From Escherichia phage vB_EcoM_ULIM9, in the sequence record OQ850288: a stretch of DNA of 64,000 nucleotides. One strand, 5' to 3'. The position numbers and the translations under genes are program-made. Positions within the stretch are counted from its first letter, which is position 1. Each line of letters starts with the position of its first letter. Shown here piece by piece: positions 17,272-26,565 of this stretch. The notes below the pieces were generated by a model that was given only the letters and a program-made list of their open reading frames with translations, ran no database searches and had not been told where the DNA came from.

Positions 17272-17468
17272 AATTTCACCTTAGTTGGTAATGTACTGAA
17301 TGCTATAGCTAACCCTAAAAATGGTTTGAAGCATGACCATAAATCCATCTGACCATTGTATGATAAATTCCATTGTGGGTCTGAAAAACCCCATACCATA
17401 GCACTAACCCCAAAGAAGAAGATTATAGTGCGGAGTATGTATATCAACGTTTTTGGTATTTTAAACAT
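17268..17468 (-). CDS. hypothetical small membrane protein
   Basis: 66 aa, hydrophobic core. Confidence 0.35.
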   Translation of the reverse strand: MFKIPKTLIYILRTIIFFFGVSAMVWGFSDPQWNLSYNGQMDLWSCFKPFLGLAIAFSTLPTKVKL

Positions 17469-17573
17469 TTTAACTTATCTCTCAATTCACAATAAGAGAG
17501 TCCTAAAAAGAACCCTAGTAAGACAGAACCTATGAACAACCCAATAATACTCTCTGCCATATCTAACATCCAA

Positions 17574-17613
17574 TAAAAAAGGTGATGTAAGCCTATCAAG
17601 ACCTACATCACCT
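17574..17613 (-). terminator. intrinsic terminator (10-bp stem)
   Basis: plus-strand aaaaaaGGTGATGTAAgcctatcaagaccTACATCACCtt 3' of nrdD. Confidence 0.6.
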
Positions 17614-17622
17614 TGTCAAGTT

Positions 17623-19767
17623 TTACATAGAAACTCTGTCACGAATCTCAGCAATTTTTGCATCGTTCATTCGGGATTCACCTTTAATCTTAGTCCATCC
17701 AAGATACCCACACACCCTGTTAATCACAGAGATATCATGTGAATGGCAAACCTCACATTCTTCAACATCAGCCTTTGGTCTGTTACCACAATGTTCACAG
17801 ATTGCTAAGTCGAAGTTAAGTCCCTGATAGAAACCTTTCAACATCCCTCTTGTAATACAACTTTTAAGTGCTGATAAGTTTTCTGGATTAGCTACCCTTA
17901 CATACTGGATTCTGCCGCCTCTACAGATATGGAAGAAGGGTTCTTCTAAGTCCTGCTTCTCAAATGGTGTAATATCTGCTGCAACATTCATATGGAAACT
18001 GTTTGTAAAGTATTCCTTGTCAGAGACACCTTTAATAACGCCAAACATATCTCTGAACTGTTTTAGCTGAGTTCCACAAAGTGATTCTGCTGGAGTGCCA
18101 TAGACTGCATATAAGAAGCCATCTTCATTTTTAAACTCTTCAGTTTTCATGTTGATGTATTCCAGAACATCGTATGCAAAACTACAGCTTCCGACTTCAT
18201 GAAGTCGTTTACCTTCAGCAAGAACAGATAGCTCATCAAGAGCAGTAACCCCAAAAGAAGCTGTGAAGGATTTCACAATATCCCAACCAACCCTGTCAGT
18301 AGGTTTCTTATTCCCTTTGTACAGACCACCCTGTGTGAATGCAAGAGGGTTAGAACTTGCTGGCATATTAGCAATCATTTCGTAACGTTTCTTGTGGAAG
18401 CTGCGAATCATCTCTAGGTACTTATCAAGCTCTTTCCAGAAGTCTAAACCATTCTCTTTAGAATACTGGTAAATCATTGGTAAGTTCAAAGATACAGCAC
18501 CAATGTTAGCACGACCAACGTAGAACTCTTCTCCTTCCTCATTAAGATATGGAGACAAGAAAGCTCTGCAACCCATCGGTGAAATAACCTTACCAGAACG
18601 CTCAAAAGCCTCTGCTACAGCACCATGACCAGATACACTTAAGAAGTCTGGATACATTGCTTTAGAGCAACACTCAATAGCTTTACTGTACAGGTGACTT
18701 TGACAGATATTTTCATCATGTCTCTTCTGGTCATAAATATAAACCAGTTTAGGGAATACAACAGGTTTCTTGCTCTTACCTTGACCATTCATACGAACAT
18801 CTAGGAGGGTACTTGCAATCATATATTGCAGTCGGTTATCTTCATTGGACATATCTGAGTCAAGTAACCCGAATGTCAAAGTTGTGAATGCAAAATCCCC
18901 ACGGCTACAAGGTACAGTGTTTAGTTTCATTTCAAGTGACTGGAAACCTTGAGTCAGTTCAATCTGTAGCTGCTCCATGACATAATTGTGGTAATGTTCT
19001 TTAGGAATACCATAAGATGCTGCTTTCTCAGCATGATAGCGTAGAGACTTCTTAGCATACGGTACAAGTACCTTATCAATCTCTGCTAAAGTAAAACCAC
19101 CAAATTGCTGTGCAGTTGCTGAAAGTACTACGTCACCAATAACCTGCAACGCTGACAGTACAGATTTAGGTTCACAGTATTCGATGCCAGACATTTCAAA
19201 GCCACCTTTCAGTACTTTACCAATGTCAAACAGGCAACAGTTAATCCCACCAAAAATTAGGTCTCTTAAGTCATGGATGTAGATAAAACCTTTTTCAATG
19301 GCTTCCAGTTCATCTGGTGTTAAGTGGTACTGTTTAAAGATTTCTTTAGTCAGATAACCACGAATAATTGAACCTTTTGTAGAAATTAAACTGCTGTCAA
19401 AATTAGCGTTTTCTCGGTCACCTAAGAAGAGTGTATCTTTAGTCTTCTGGTAGAGTTCGTCCCAATTTTGAGCAACCTCTTTACGGTAATTTCTATATGT
19501 TGAGTAAGACTCATAAATCTCGTGATTGACTTCTGCCAAAGCACCCTCAACAATACTGTGAATATCATTTACAGAAATTAGTAAATTATTCTGCTTAGTG
19601 GACTTTACCAGAATCCTCATAAATGCTGACTCAAGGGCTTGAGTAACATCTGGTGGAAGCTCTTTATAACCAACTCTGTTAGCTGACTTTGTGACTGCTA
19701 CTAAAACTTTTTTGATATCAGGTTCTTCGAGTGAGCCATTCTTTTTAATAATCTGTACTTTGTTCAT
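17623..19767 (-). CDS. nrdD: anaerobic (class III) ribonucleoside-triphosphate reductase
   Basis: 714 aa; C-terminal Cys cluster CEHCGN...CEVC followed by glycyl-radical motif RVCGYLG. Confidence 0.9.
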   Translation of the reverse strand: MNKVQIIKKNGSLEEPDIKKVLVAVTKSANRVGYKELPPDVTQALESAFMRILVKSTKQNNLLISVNDIHSIVEGALAEVNHEIYESYSTYRNYRKEVAQNWDELYQKTKDTLFLGDRENANFDSSLISTKGSIIRGYLTKEIFKQYHLTPDELEAIEKGFIYIHDLRDLIFGGINCCLFDIGKVLKGGFEMSGIEYCEPKSVLSALQVIGDVVLSATAQQFGGFTLAEIDKVLVPYAKKSLRYHAEKAASYGIPKEHYHNYVMEQLQIELTQGFQSLEMKLNTVPCSRGDFAFTTLTFGLLDSDMSNEDNRLQYMIASTLLDVRMNGQGKSKKPVVFPKLVYIYDQKRHDENICQSHLYSKAIECCSKAMYPDFLSVSGHGAVAEAFERSGKVISPMGCRAFLSPYLNEEGEEFYVGRANIGAVSLNLPMIYQYSKENGLDFWKELDKYLEMIRSFHKKRYEMIANMPASSNPLAFTQGGLYKGNKKPTDRVGWDIVKSFTASFGVTALDELSVLAEGKRLHEVGSCSFAYDVLEYINMKTEEFKNEDGFLYAVYGTPAESLCGTQLKQFRDMFGVIKGVSDKEYFTNSFHMNVAADITPFEKQDLEEPFFHICRGGRIQYVRVANPENLSALKSCITRGMLKGFYQGLNFDLAICEHCGNRPKADVEECEVCHSHDISVINRVCGYLGWTKIKGESRMNDAKIAEIRDRVSM

Positions 19768-19786
19768 TATTGCCCCTTTACATGTT

Positions 19787-19807
19787 AAAAAGGTCTCCGA
19801 AGAGACC
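19787..19807 (-). terminator. intrinsic terminator (UUCG tetraloop)
   Basis: plus-strand aaaaaGGTCTCcgaaGAGACC. Confidence 0.55.
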
Positions 19808-19815
19808 CTTTCATT

Positions 19816-20022
19816 TTAAATCTTTTTAGAAAACTTCGCAAAGAGTTCTCTTAGTTTTTCAGTGATGCCCAGATGTATCTCTAGGATTTCAAATATAACC
19901 CATAGTAACATGACTCCAAACAACAAACCTTGTTTAAAGTCAGTAAATAGGTTAGCAATAAGCATACCAATTACAATAACTGGTGCATCAATAACCAAAC
20001 CTTCCCAAAGGCGTTTAAGCAT
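19816..20022 (-). CDS. hypothetical small membrane protein
   Basis: 68 aa with two hydrophobic segments. Confidence 0.35.
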   Translation of the reverse strand: MLKRLWEGLVIDAPVIVIGMLIANLFTDFKQGLLFGVMLLWVIFEILEIHLGITEKLRELFAKFSKKI

Positions 20023-20257
20023 TATTCACCTCTGCCATAAAATTCTGTAGCGTCCCAACAGGTTTTAGGTTTTGTCCATCGGTTTTCATGATGAATGGCA
20101 TCTGACGAACTGGCATCTGTGCAATATCCATTAGTTCTGATAGCTCATAGTCCTGCCCTAACATTCTCACAACATGGTCAATACCACGAGCTTTTGCAAA
20201 ATTCTTTGCAGTCTCACACTGAGGGCATCCAGTTTTGGAGTAAATTACATAAGTCAT
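20015..20257 (-). CDS. glutaredoxin/NrdH-like redoxin
   Basis: 80 aa with CPQC active-site motif; directly upstream-adjacent to nrdB. Confidence 0.65.
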   Translation of the reverse strand: MTYVIYSKTGCPQCETAKNFAKARGIDHVVRMLGQDYELSELMDIAQMPVRQMPFIMKTDGQNLKPVGTLQNFMAEVNNA

Positions 20258-21330
20258 TAAGGAACCTCTAAAAATCCACTATTCAAATCATCTACAACAG
20301 TATTCAATAGGTACGCACCGTTCTGTTGCTCCTGATTAGCATTCTGCTCTTTATCAATTTCCATCTTCTTAATCATGTACTTCAAAGGTGGTTCTTTAGG
20401 AGCTACAAAATCTCTTTGAATGCCAAACATATCATACAGTGGGGCAGCATTATAGTAAACCCACTCATGAAGAAGCTTTGTATTTAAGCCAACTACAGCA
20501 CGTCCTTCGGAGAAGATATAATACGACCATTTCTCTTCACTTTCAACTACTTCATCTAAGATTACTTTAATCTCTGGAAGAATTTGTTGAAAAGCTTTCT
20601 GCCACTCATCATCTCTTAAAGTTTCTTTTAAAACTTCAATATCAATTTTAGTGTGAAGGATTTCATCAAGCATAATCTTCTGCACAGCTTGAGCAATACC
20701 CTGAAATTTATCTTGAGCATCAAGTGCAAAAGTACATGCAAAGGATGCCATAAAAGATATACCTTCCAGTGCAGTCACTGCAAACAGCCCTTTCAGAATC
20801 ACTTTATGGAAGTGTAAAGGGTCTTTGTCCAGAAGTGAATCACGCACATAACTCAGACGGTAGTTTATACCTTCATCCAGTAATTCTTCAAGAACACGAT
20901 TCACAGTTTTTAATCGGTCTTGCACAGCAACATTCTGGTTAATCTCATCTAAGATTGTTTCAGGATTTTTAATACATTGTCTTACAATCTCTGAGTAAGT
21001 AAGAGCATGTAGGTTTTCAATCTCAGACTGCTTCATAATTGCAGTTGCATAAATGTCATCAGAGATAAATGGTGCAAAGGCAAATGCCAAGCTCTTAGCA
21101 ACTTGAGTGTCTGCTTCCCATTGCCACTTAAGAATCTCAAGCATTACACCTGACATAGATGCTGGAACACTCTCAAAATCAAGACGTGATTGTTCAAAAG
21201 GGAACTCATCTTCTGACCAATCTTGTGCTTTTTGTTGTTTATAAAGTTCAAAGATTTTTGGGTAGTGCTTATTGAGTGAGTCAAAAGTTTTTCTCTCACC
21301 ACCTAAAAAGATTGGGTGTTGGTTAATCAT
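20257..21330 (-). CDS. nrdB: ribonucleotide reductase small subunit (class Ia beta)
   Basis: size and position next to nrdA; start trimmed to ATG 21330 with AAGGAG RBS. Confidence 0.8.
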   Translation of the reverse strand: MINQHPIFLGGERKTFDSLNKHYPKIFELYKQQKAQDWSEDEFPFEQSRLDFESVPASMSGVMLEILKWQWEADTQVAKSLAFAFAPFISDDIYATAIMKQSEIENLHALTYSEIVRQCIKNPETILDEINQNVAVQDRLKTVNRVLEELLDEGINYRLSYVRDSLLDKDPLHFHKVILKGLFAVTALEGISFMASFACTFALDAQDKFQGIAQAVQKIMLDEILHTKIDIEVLKETLRDDEWQKAFQQILPEIKVILDEVVESEEKWSYYIFSEGRAVVGLNTKLLHEWVYYNAAPLYDMFGIQRDFVAPKEPPLKYMIKKMEIDKEQNANQEQQNGAYLLNTVVDDLNSGFLEVP

Positions 21331-21584
21331 AGTGTGATTTCTCCTTTCTGTATCATTTCTAAGGCTTGTTTTCGGTCTAAGACTTCCCAATTTTCTTTGT
21401 TAAACATGTCATATGGTCTTGCATAGATTTTACCATCTGCTGTAGAGATGTAAGAGACACCAGCTACCCATGAGTCATCATTCTGTTTTATCATCATATC
21501 TGTGCTACTCACATAGTACAGTGTTTTCCGAGGTTTGTGGAGCAAGTATATGGGTCTCTCATGTTTTTCTATTAAATCTTTCAT
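21327..21584 (-). CDS. hypothetical protein between nrdA and nrdB
   Basis: 85 aa from ATG 21584 with GGAG RBS; the longer track ORF would overlap nrdA. Confidence 0.4.
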   Translation of the reverse strand: MKDLIEKHERPIYLLHKPRKTLYYVSSTDMMIKQNDDSWVAGVSYISTADGKIYARPYDMFNKENWEVLDRKQALEMIQKGEITL

Positions 21585-21639
21585 AGTTTCTCCAAAGTTA
21601 ATTTTAGAGGGTCTTTTACGACCCTCATAGTTATTAAAA

Positions 21640-23874
21640 CTAAACACCACAACCCTCGCAATAAGCATCTTGCAGTGCAGATTTACCTACACCAATGCGG
21701 CTGTTGAGATAGTACATGGTTTTCATACCTACTGAGTTGGCATAAATCATATACTTCAAAGCTTGAGCCAATGATACCTTCTTCGCTTTTGCGTAGTCAA
21801 CATAGAAATCTGAAGAGATAGCTTGACCAGTGAACTTTTGAACAATTGCATAACAATCAATCAGGTCAAAGGTGTCAATATCCCAAGCAATTTCATAGAC
21901 ATACTTCAACTCTTCATAATCTGGAACAATAAACAGTACGTTACCAGTTGCAGACTTTTTAGTTAAAATAAAGTCACGAATTGGATACAAGCCATTTGTC
22001 GTATTAGTTGCCAGTGAAGAACTCTCATTAGGCATGTAAGCTTCTAATACAGAGTTACGGATTCCACCATTTTCTTTAATACGTTGTGCTAAGTCATCCC
22101 AATCATAACGAAGTTTTGCATCATGCTTCTCATCAATCTTCCTGTTAGCTGTCTTCGGAGGAACCCAACCTTCAGGATACTTAGTGAACTGCATATACTC
22201 AGGTACACCACGTTCTTTAGCAAGTCTTAAAGAAGCTTCATGTAAGTAGTAAGAGTGCATTTCAGCAAGCTCATGAAGCTTCGTCTTACCTGCTCTTGAA
22301 GAGTAGTTCACGTAGTTTTTTGCAAGGTAATGAGCCACATTTGTAAGGCCAATCCCAACAGAACGACGCTTCTGAACATGGTTGCGCATCGACGGATACG
22401 GATAATCCATAAGGTCAATAACGGAGTCAACCATTGCAAGAGCATAATAAGCAACGTCAGCGTATTCATCTTCTGAAATTCTCCCTGCAACCAAACTAGC
22501 TAGGAAGCAAAGAGCTACCTCACCATCCTCTTTCACAGCATCATCTCTGTAAAGGTCTGTCTCTTTCTCAAAACCATACACTGGCAACACAATTTCCATA
22601 CAAAGATTTGACATCTTCAATGGTTCTTTAAATGGTGTATGTGTGTTCGCATTGTTAGTGAAGAATGGATACACACGACCTGTAGCATAACGCTGTTGAA
22701 TAAACAGCTTAGCAATTTCACGAGCCTTGACTCGTCTGTGCTTGACTCCTGAATGTACTGCGTGACCAACTGCCATAGCAAACTCATCAGCAGATGCTGT
22801 GTAGAACATGTCATAGAGTTTTGGTGCATCTTTGTAAGAGAATAGCAACCAATCTGTATCATACTGAACACACTGCCAGAAATAATCGTTTGTGCCGAAT
22901 GAGTAGTCCATCTCATTAATACGTTTAGAAGGAACCGTTGTAGGGTGCTTCAAACGCAGTAAGTCTTCAATCTGCGGGTCTAGCGCAGTGTAGAAGTTAT
23001 TAGCTGAACCACCACGACTCTTCTGTTTATTTGCCTCTACAGATGAACGTACAAGCTTGTAATAAGGTAGCTTACCCATGTGCTCAATAGTATTTTGACG
23101 GATACCATCACCAATAGTGCGAGTCTCCATCAGCATACCAATACCAGCTTGCTTTGTAGTCATATCATAAGCAACCTTTGCAGCAATACCAAGTGATTCA
23201 GCAGTATCATTTGCCTTAATCAAACAGCATGACGCATAACCTGATTTAGTTGCTCTTAAACCGTTTAAATAAGGCGTAGGAGCGTTAATCTTCAGGTCAG
23301 ATAGGTAAGTGTACAGCTTGATAACATCTTGCAGTCTACGGTGCTTTGGTTGCTTCTCAAAGGCTTTCATAGCCATACCCATAAACATAAATTGTGGTGA
23401 CTCAAAAAGTCTTCCAGTTTTAATATCACGGATACCATACTTGTCTCTGAACTGTTTCAATACTGCATAGCCGTAAGAGATATCTTTTGAGTGTACGATG
23501 TAACCTTGCAGATATTCAAGCTCTTCCTGTGAATAATCCATCTTCTCCCAAAGTCCTGCTCTCTCCATATTTTTAACGAAGGTAATCAGCGTAGGAACCT
23601 TAGTAAAGCCTCCAAAGGCTTCTTTGTAGATAATCCCCAGAAGTAGCCGTCCAGCCATATCTGAGTACTCTTGAGTTTGTTTATCAACACAAACATCAAT
23701 CATGGCTTGGTGCATCTCTTTTGTAGTACAACCCTCATAGACACGTTTCATAGCTTCCATAGTGACTTCTGACCAGATAATTCCACGCTTATCTGCCCAT
23801 GATGCCCACTTATTCAGTCTTTCTGGGTCAAAGCTTACCACTGTACCATTTGATTTTTTAATTGTCTTAATCAT
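21640..23874 (-). CDS. nrdA: ribonucleotide reductase large subunit (class Ia alpha) with ATP-cone
   Basis: 744 aa; N-terminal ATP-cone-like KKSNGTVVSFDPERL; C-terminal Cys pair (CEGCG). Confidence 0.9.
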   Translation of the reverse strand: MIKTIKKSNGTVVSFDPERLNKWASWADKRGIIWSEVTMEAMKRVYEGCTTKEMHQAMIDVCVDKQTQEYSDMAGRLLLGIIYKEAFGGFTKVPTLITFVKNMERAGLWEKMDYSQEELEYLQGYIVHSKDISYGYAVLKQFRDKYGIRDIKTGRLFESPQFMFMGMAMKAFEKQPKHRRLQDVIKLYTYLSDLKINAPTPYLNGLRATKSGYASCCLIKANDTAESLGIAAKVAYDMTTKQAGIGMLMETRTIGDGIRQNTIEHMGKLPYYKLVRSSVEANKQKSRGGSANNFYTALDPQIEDLLRLKHPTTVPSKRINEMDYSFGTNDYFWQCVQYDTDWLLFSYKDAPKLYDMFYTASADEFAMAVGHAVHSGVKHRRVKAREIAKLFIQQRYATGRVYPFFTNNANTHTPFKEPLKMSNLCMEIVLPVYGFEKETDLYRDDAVKEDGEVALCFLASLVAGRISEDEYADVAYYALAMVDSVIDLMDYPYPSMRNHVQKRRSVGIGLTNVAHYLAKNYVNYSSRAGKTKLHELAEMHSYYLHEASLRLAKERGVPEYMQFTKYPEGWVPPKTANRKIDEKHDAKLRYDWDDLAQRIKENGGIRNSVLEAYMPNESSSLATNTTNGLYPIRDFILTKKSATGNVLFIVPDYEELKYVYEIAWDIDTFDLIDCYAIVQKFTGQAISSDFYVDYAKAKKVSLAQALKYMIYANSVGMKTMYYLNSRIGVGKSALQDAYCEGCGV

Positions 23875-23891
23875 TTTCGAATCCTACAGGT

Positions 23892-23914
23892 GAAAAGAGC
23901 CTCCGAAGAGGCTC
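23892..23914 (-). terminator. intrinsic terminator (UUCG tetraloop)
   Basis: plus-strand aaaaGAGCCTCcgaaGAGGCTC. Confidence 0.55.
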
Positions 23915-23920
23915 CCTAGT

Positions 23921-24256
23921 TTAAATCTTGAAAATTTGCTCATTCTGCCACATATCGTAAAACTTATCACTTACCTTTGTGATTGACGATGTGTGCATAC
24001 AATTCAGGAACCATGATGGCGTGTGGTTATCCATAACTGTTTCAAGCTTTTGTGTAACATTCACATCCATGTCTGCAACAACGTAATTACCTCGTATCTT
24101 GCAAACAATTCTTCCAAACAAGATTGCACTTCTTCCCCTTCGGTCGTCACAGTACATCACTGTATCCCCGTGCTTGACATCTTGTCCGATACTATCAACA
24201 CCTAATTTAGCACCTGAGATAATGTCATCATAAGATAGATTTTTTGCTTTAGACAC
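23921..24256 (-). CDS. hypothetical protein
   Basis: 111-aa ORF. Confidence 0.4.
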   Translation of the reverse strand: MSKAKNLSYDDIISGAKLGVDSIGQDVKHGDTVMYCDDRRGRSAILFGRIVCKIRGNYVVADMDVNVTQKLETVMDNHTPSWFLNCMHTSSITKVSDKFYDMWQNEQIFKI

Positions 24257-24581
24257 GGTATTTCTCCAAGTTTCTTTTTAGATACAACCAACCATAGTCA
24301 GTCCTTTCTACACCCATAAAGAGTGGAGCCATCACAACTTTACCGAAAGTATTCCTGTGTTGGCAGATTTCAAAGGAATACTCTTTCTCAATATCAATCC
24401 CGTATTTGTACAGGACTGCTTTTAAAACTTGTTCATTGTCCAGAAGTGTATCTGGAGTCTCACCATACTTCTCAAGTAACGGGTCATACATAAACACCGT
24501 CATAGAAATATTGTAGTTTGAGAAGTGGCTCTTCTGAGCCACACCCTCTTTATTAATGTTCTGTGAATCCATTATAACCAA
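24249..24581 (-). CDS. hypothetical protein
   Basis: 110-aa ORF. Confidence 0.4.
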   Translation of the reverse strand: MVIMDSQNINKEGVAQKSHFSNYNISMTVFMYDPLLEKYGETPDTLLDNEQVLKAVLYKYGIDIEKEYSFEICQHRNTFGKVVMAPLFMGVERTDYGWLYLKRNLEKYRV

Positions 24582-25308
24582 CCCCTTTTAACCAGCACTT
24601 CAGGTTATTAGCATCATAATTCAGTTTCGGGTATGAGGTTACATGGAACTGCTCACCATCATAATAGACAATATCTGCAATCCATAGTCCATTCTCTTTA
24701 CAGAAGTCTTTATCTGCTTTAGAGGTAATTGGATTAACTTCTACAAAACCATCTACACCCAAATCCTTTAAGCTACCTACAATACCTTTGCAGATAACGC
24801 ATGTCTCAGATACTACCACAAAAAGTTCTTGGCTTTCAAGTTCTACAATGTATTCGCCAAGCTGTACTTTAGGGAGGTTCGATTGCTTCATAACCTTTCC
24901 ATCGGCTGCACGAACAATCGCATACCATTCTTTACCATCAACTACTGACATTCTGATAATACACTCTTGACCAGTGCGCTTTTCAATGTCTGCAAGACGT
25001 TTTAAAGCTTCTTCATAGTCATCTGTGTACTTCAGGTCATTATTATGGCAAACAGCTTTCATAGCACCGTTATGGTCATGCTGTGACAGGTAAATCAAAC
25101 CATCAAGAACATATTGCAAATCTGCCTGAGCATCCAGTGTCTCAATGGGGTCTTTCTCTTCAATTGCTTTTACAAGCTCTTTTGCTTCTTCAAGCATACA
25201 CAGAGACTGGGATTTTAAAGACTCCCAATACTCATCACTGTAAGGTTGCTTTTGAGTGTTTCCACAACGAAGATTCCAGTTTTTTACTGCTTCTCTTGAG
25301 TTAAACAT
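24553..25308 (-). CDS. MazG-like nucleotide pyrophosphohydrolase domain protein (tentative) with C-terminal extension
   Basis: LEEAKELVKAIEEKDPIETLDAQADLQYVLDGL resembles the EExxE...D..D helical core of MazG-type NTP-PPases. Confidence 0.35.
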   Translation of the reverse strand: MFNSREAVKNWNLRCGNTQKQPYSDEYWESLKSQSLCMLEEAKELVKAIEEKDPIETLDAQADLQYVLDGLIYLSQHDHNGAMKAVCHNNDLKYTDDYEEALKRLADIEKRTGQECIIRMSVVDGKEWYAIVRAADGKVMKQSNLPKVQLGEYIVELESQELFVVVSETCVICKGIVGSLKDLGVDGFVEVNPITSKADKDFCKENGLWIADIVYYDGEQFHVTSYPKLNYDANNLKCWLKGVGYNGFTEH

Positions 25309-25546
25309 TTGGACTCCTTAAAAATCTGTTAACCTTTAGCTCTCGTGTTTCAATATATTCCAGATGCTCACGTAACTCTTGACGTTTAAGCATTAGGTGT
25401 TGCATTTGAGATTCAACAGCTTCAACTTCTTTAATTATTGACTCTCTGGCATTTGCAAGAATGCGCTCAAGTTCTTCAATCTTGCTGTCAACCTTTGCTA
25501 CATGACTCACAGCTTTACTTTTGTTAAACATTTTATTCTCTCTCAA
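25301..25546 (-). CDS. hypothetical coiled-coil protein
   Basis: 81 aa, heptad-like charged helix. Confidence 0.35.
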   Translation of the reverse strand: MRENKMFNKSKAVSHVAKVDSKIEELERILANARESIIKEVEAVESQMQHLMLKRQELREHLEYIETRELKVNRFLRSPNV

Positions 25547-25552
25547 TAGTTA

Positions 25553-26053
25553 TCAAGCACAATTCGCTTTCATTACCTTATGGATTCTTTTTTCAGCATC
25601 TTCATAAGTTTCTTTAGTAATAAACTTAATTGCTGCAATATTGGCATTGTAGAAGAGTCTGAGCTTAGAGTCAATCCTTTTTGTCATTACATCGAATTTA
25701 TGTTGGAGGTTTGCTTCACCATAAACTAGACCACCTTTCGTGTAGTAGGTTTGTATAATGTAAAAGTCAAAAAATTCTTTTCCAAAGCTCTCAATATCCT
25801 TTTTAATATACTCAGAAGAAGTCTCATAAGTCATCCAATCACTTTCCTTAGTGACTATCTTCTTCCGAGTCTTCCCAGCAACTTTTCTTTTAGTAACACT
25901 GTTAAACTGTTTCTTACCCAAATAATACTGTCCAGTCTTTTTGCAGTACACTAGGTAGACAAAACCAAAGTGCTTTGCTGGGTCAACTTCACCACATAGT
26001 GAAATCCAATGTCCATATTCAGGGCAATTGCCAAAACCTTTTATTTTTCTCAT
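25553..26053 (-). CDS. putative GIY-YIG homing endonuclease
   Basis: GFVYLVYCKKTGQYYLGKK resembles the GIY-x(10)-YIG motif. Confidence 0.4.
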   Translation of the reverse strand: MRKIKGFGNCPEYGHWISLCGEVDPAKHFGFVYLVYCKKTGQYYLGKKQFNSVTKRKVAGKTRKKIVTKESDWMTYETSSEYIKKDIESFGKEFFDFYIIQTYYTKGGLVYGEANLQHKFDVMTKRIDSKLRLFYNANIAAIKFITKETYEDAEKRIHKVMKANCA

Positions 26054-26565
26054 TCATCACCTTTATTAGCAAACTCTTTGTGTAAACGTTGACGTTCCCT
26101 ATTTACAACCTCTGCTGCTTCAGCAATCGTGTCATAGTTGCCGAAGAAGTAAACCCTCTTCTTAAAAGTTATCTGTGTAGCCCACTTACCATACTGTTTA
26201 TTGTAGTACACACCTTTAACACCTGATTTATTGTTCTTATTGAGCAATCTATTACATTGGTTCTCTGATAACGTACATGCTCTAAGATTTACCCAGCGAT
26301 TATCTAATGTTACATGATTTTTATGGTCAACACACTCAGGGAGGTAACCATCCATATACAGAACAGCTAGTGTATGTGCATAATAACCCTTACCAAACAA
26401 ATAAATTCTGATGTAACCTTTTAAGTTTGTACCTGCAACAGAGCCAATTTTTGTGTGTCTAGCAGACTTCTTAATCCAAGTAAAGACCCCTGTTTCGGGG
26501 TCATAGTGCAGGTATTCTTTAAGAGTTTGTTGGGTTAACATTTGGTGTCCATCCATACTTGTCAA
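26050..26565 (-). CDS. HNH homing endonuclease (paralog 2)
   Basis: YDPETGVFTWIKK and LHKEFA shared with paralogs; about 30 nt of the 5' region identical to the copy at 36137. Confidence 0.7.
   Translation of the reverse strand: MTSMDGHQMLTQQTLKEYLHYDPETGVFTWIKKSARHTKIGSVAGTNLKGYIRIYLFGKGYYAHTLAVLYMDGYLPECVDHKNHVTLDNRWVNLRACTLSENQCNRLLNKNNKSGVKGVYYNKQYGKWATQITFKKRVYFFGNYDTIAEAAEVVNRERQRLHKEFANKGDE

Noticed and set aside
21607-21626. GC hairpin after nrdA as a classical intrinsic terminator
   Set aside because: The stem GAGGGTC..GACCCTC is not followed by a U-run on the minus strand; kept only as a possible processing or attenuation structure.
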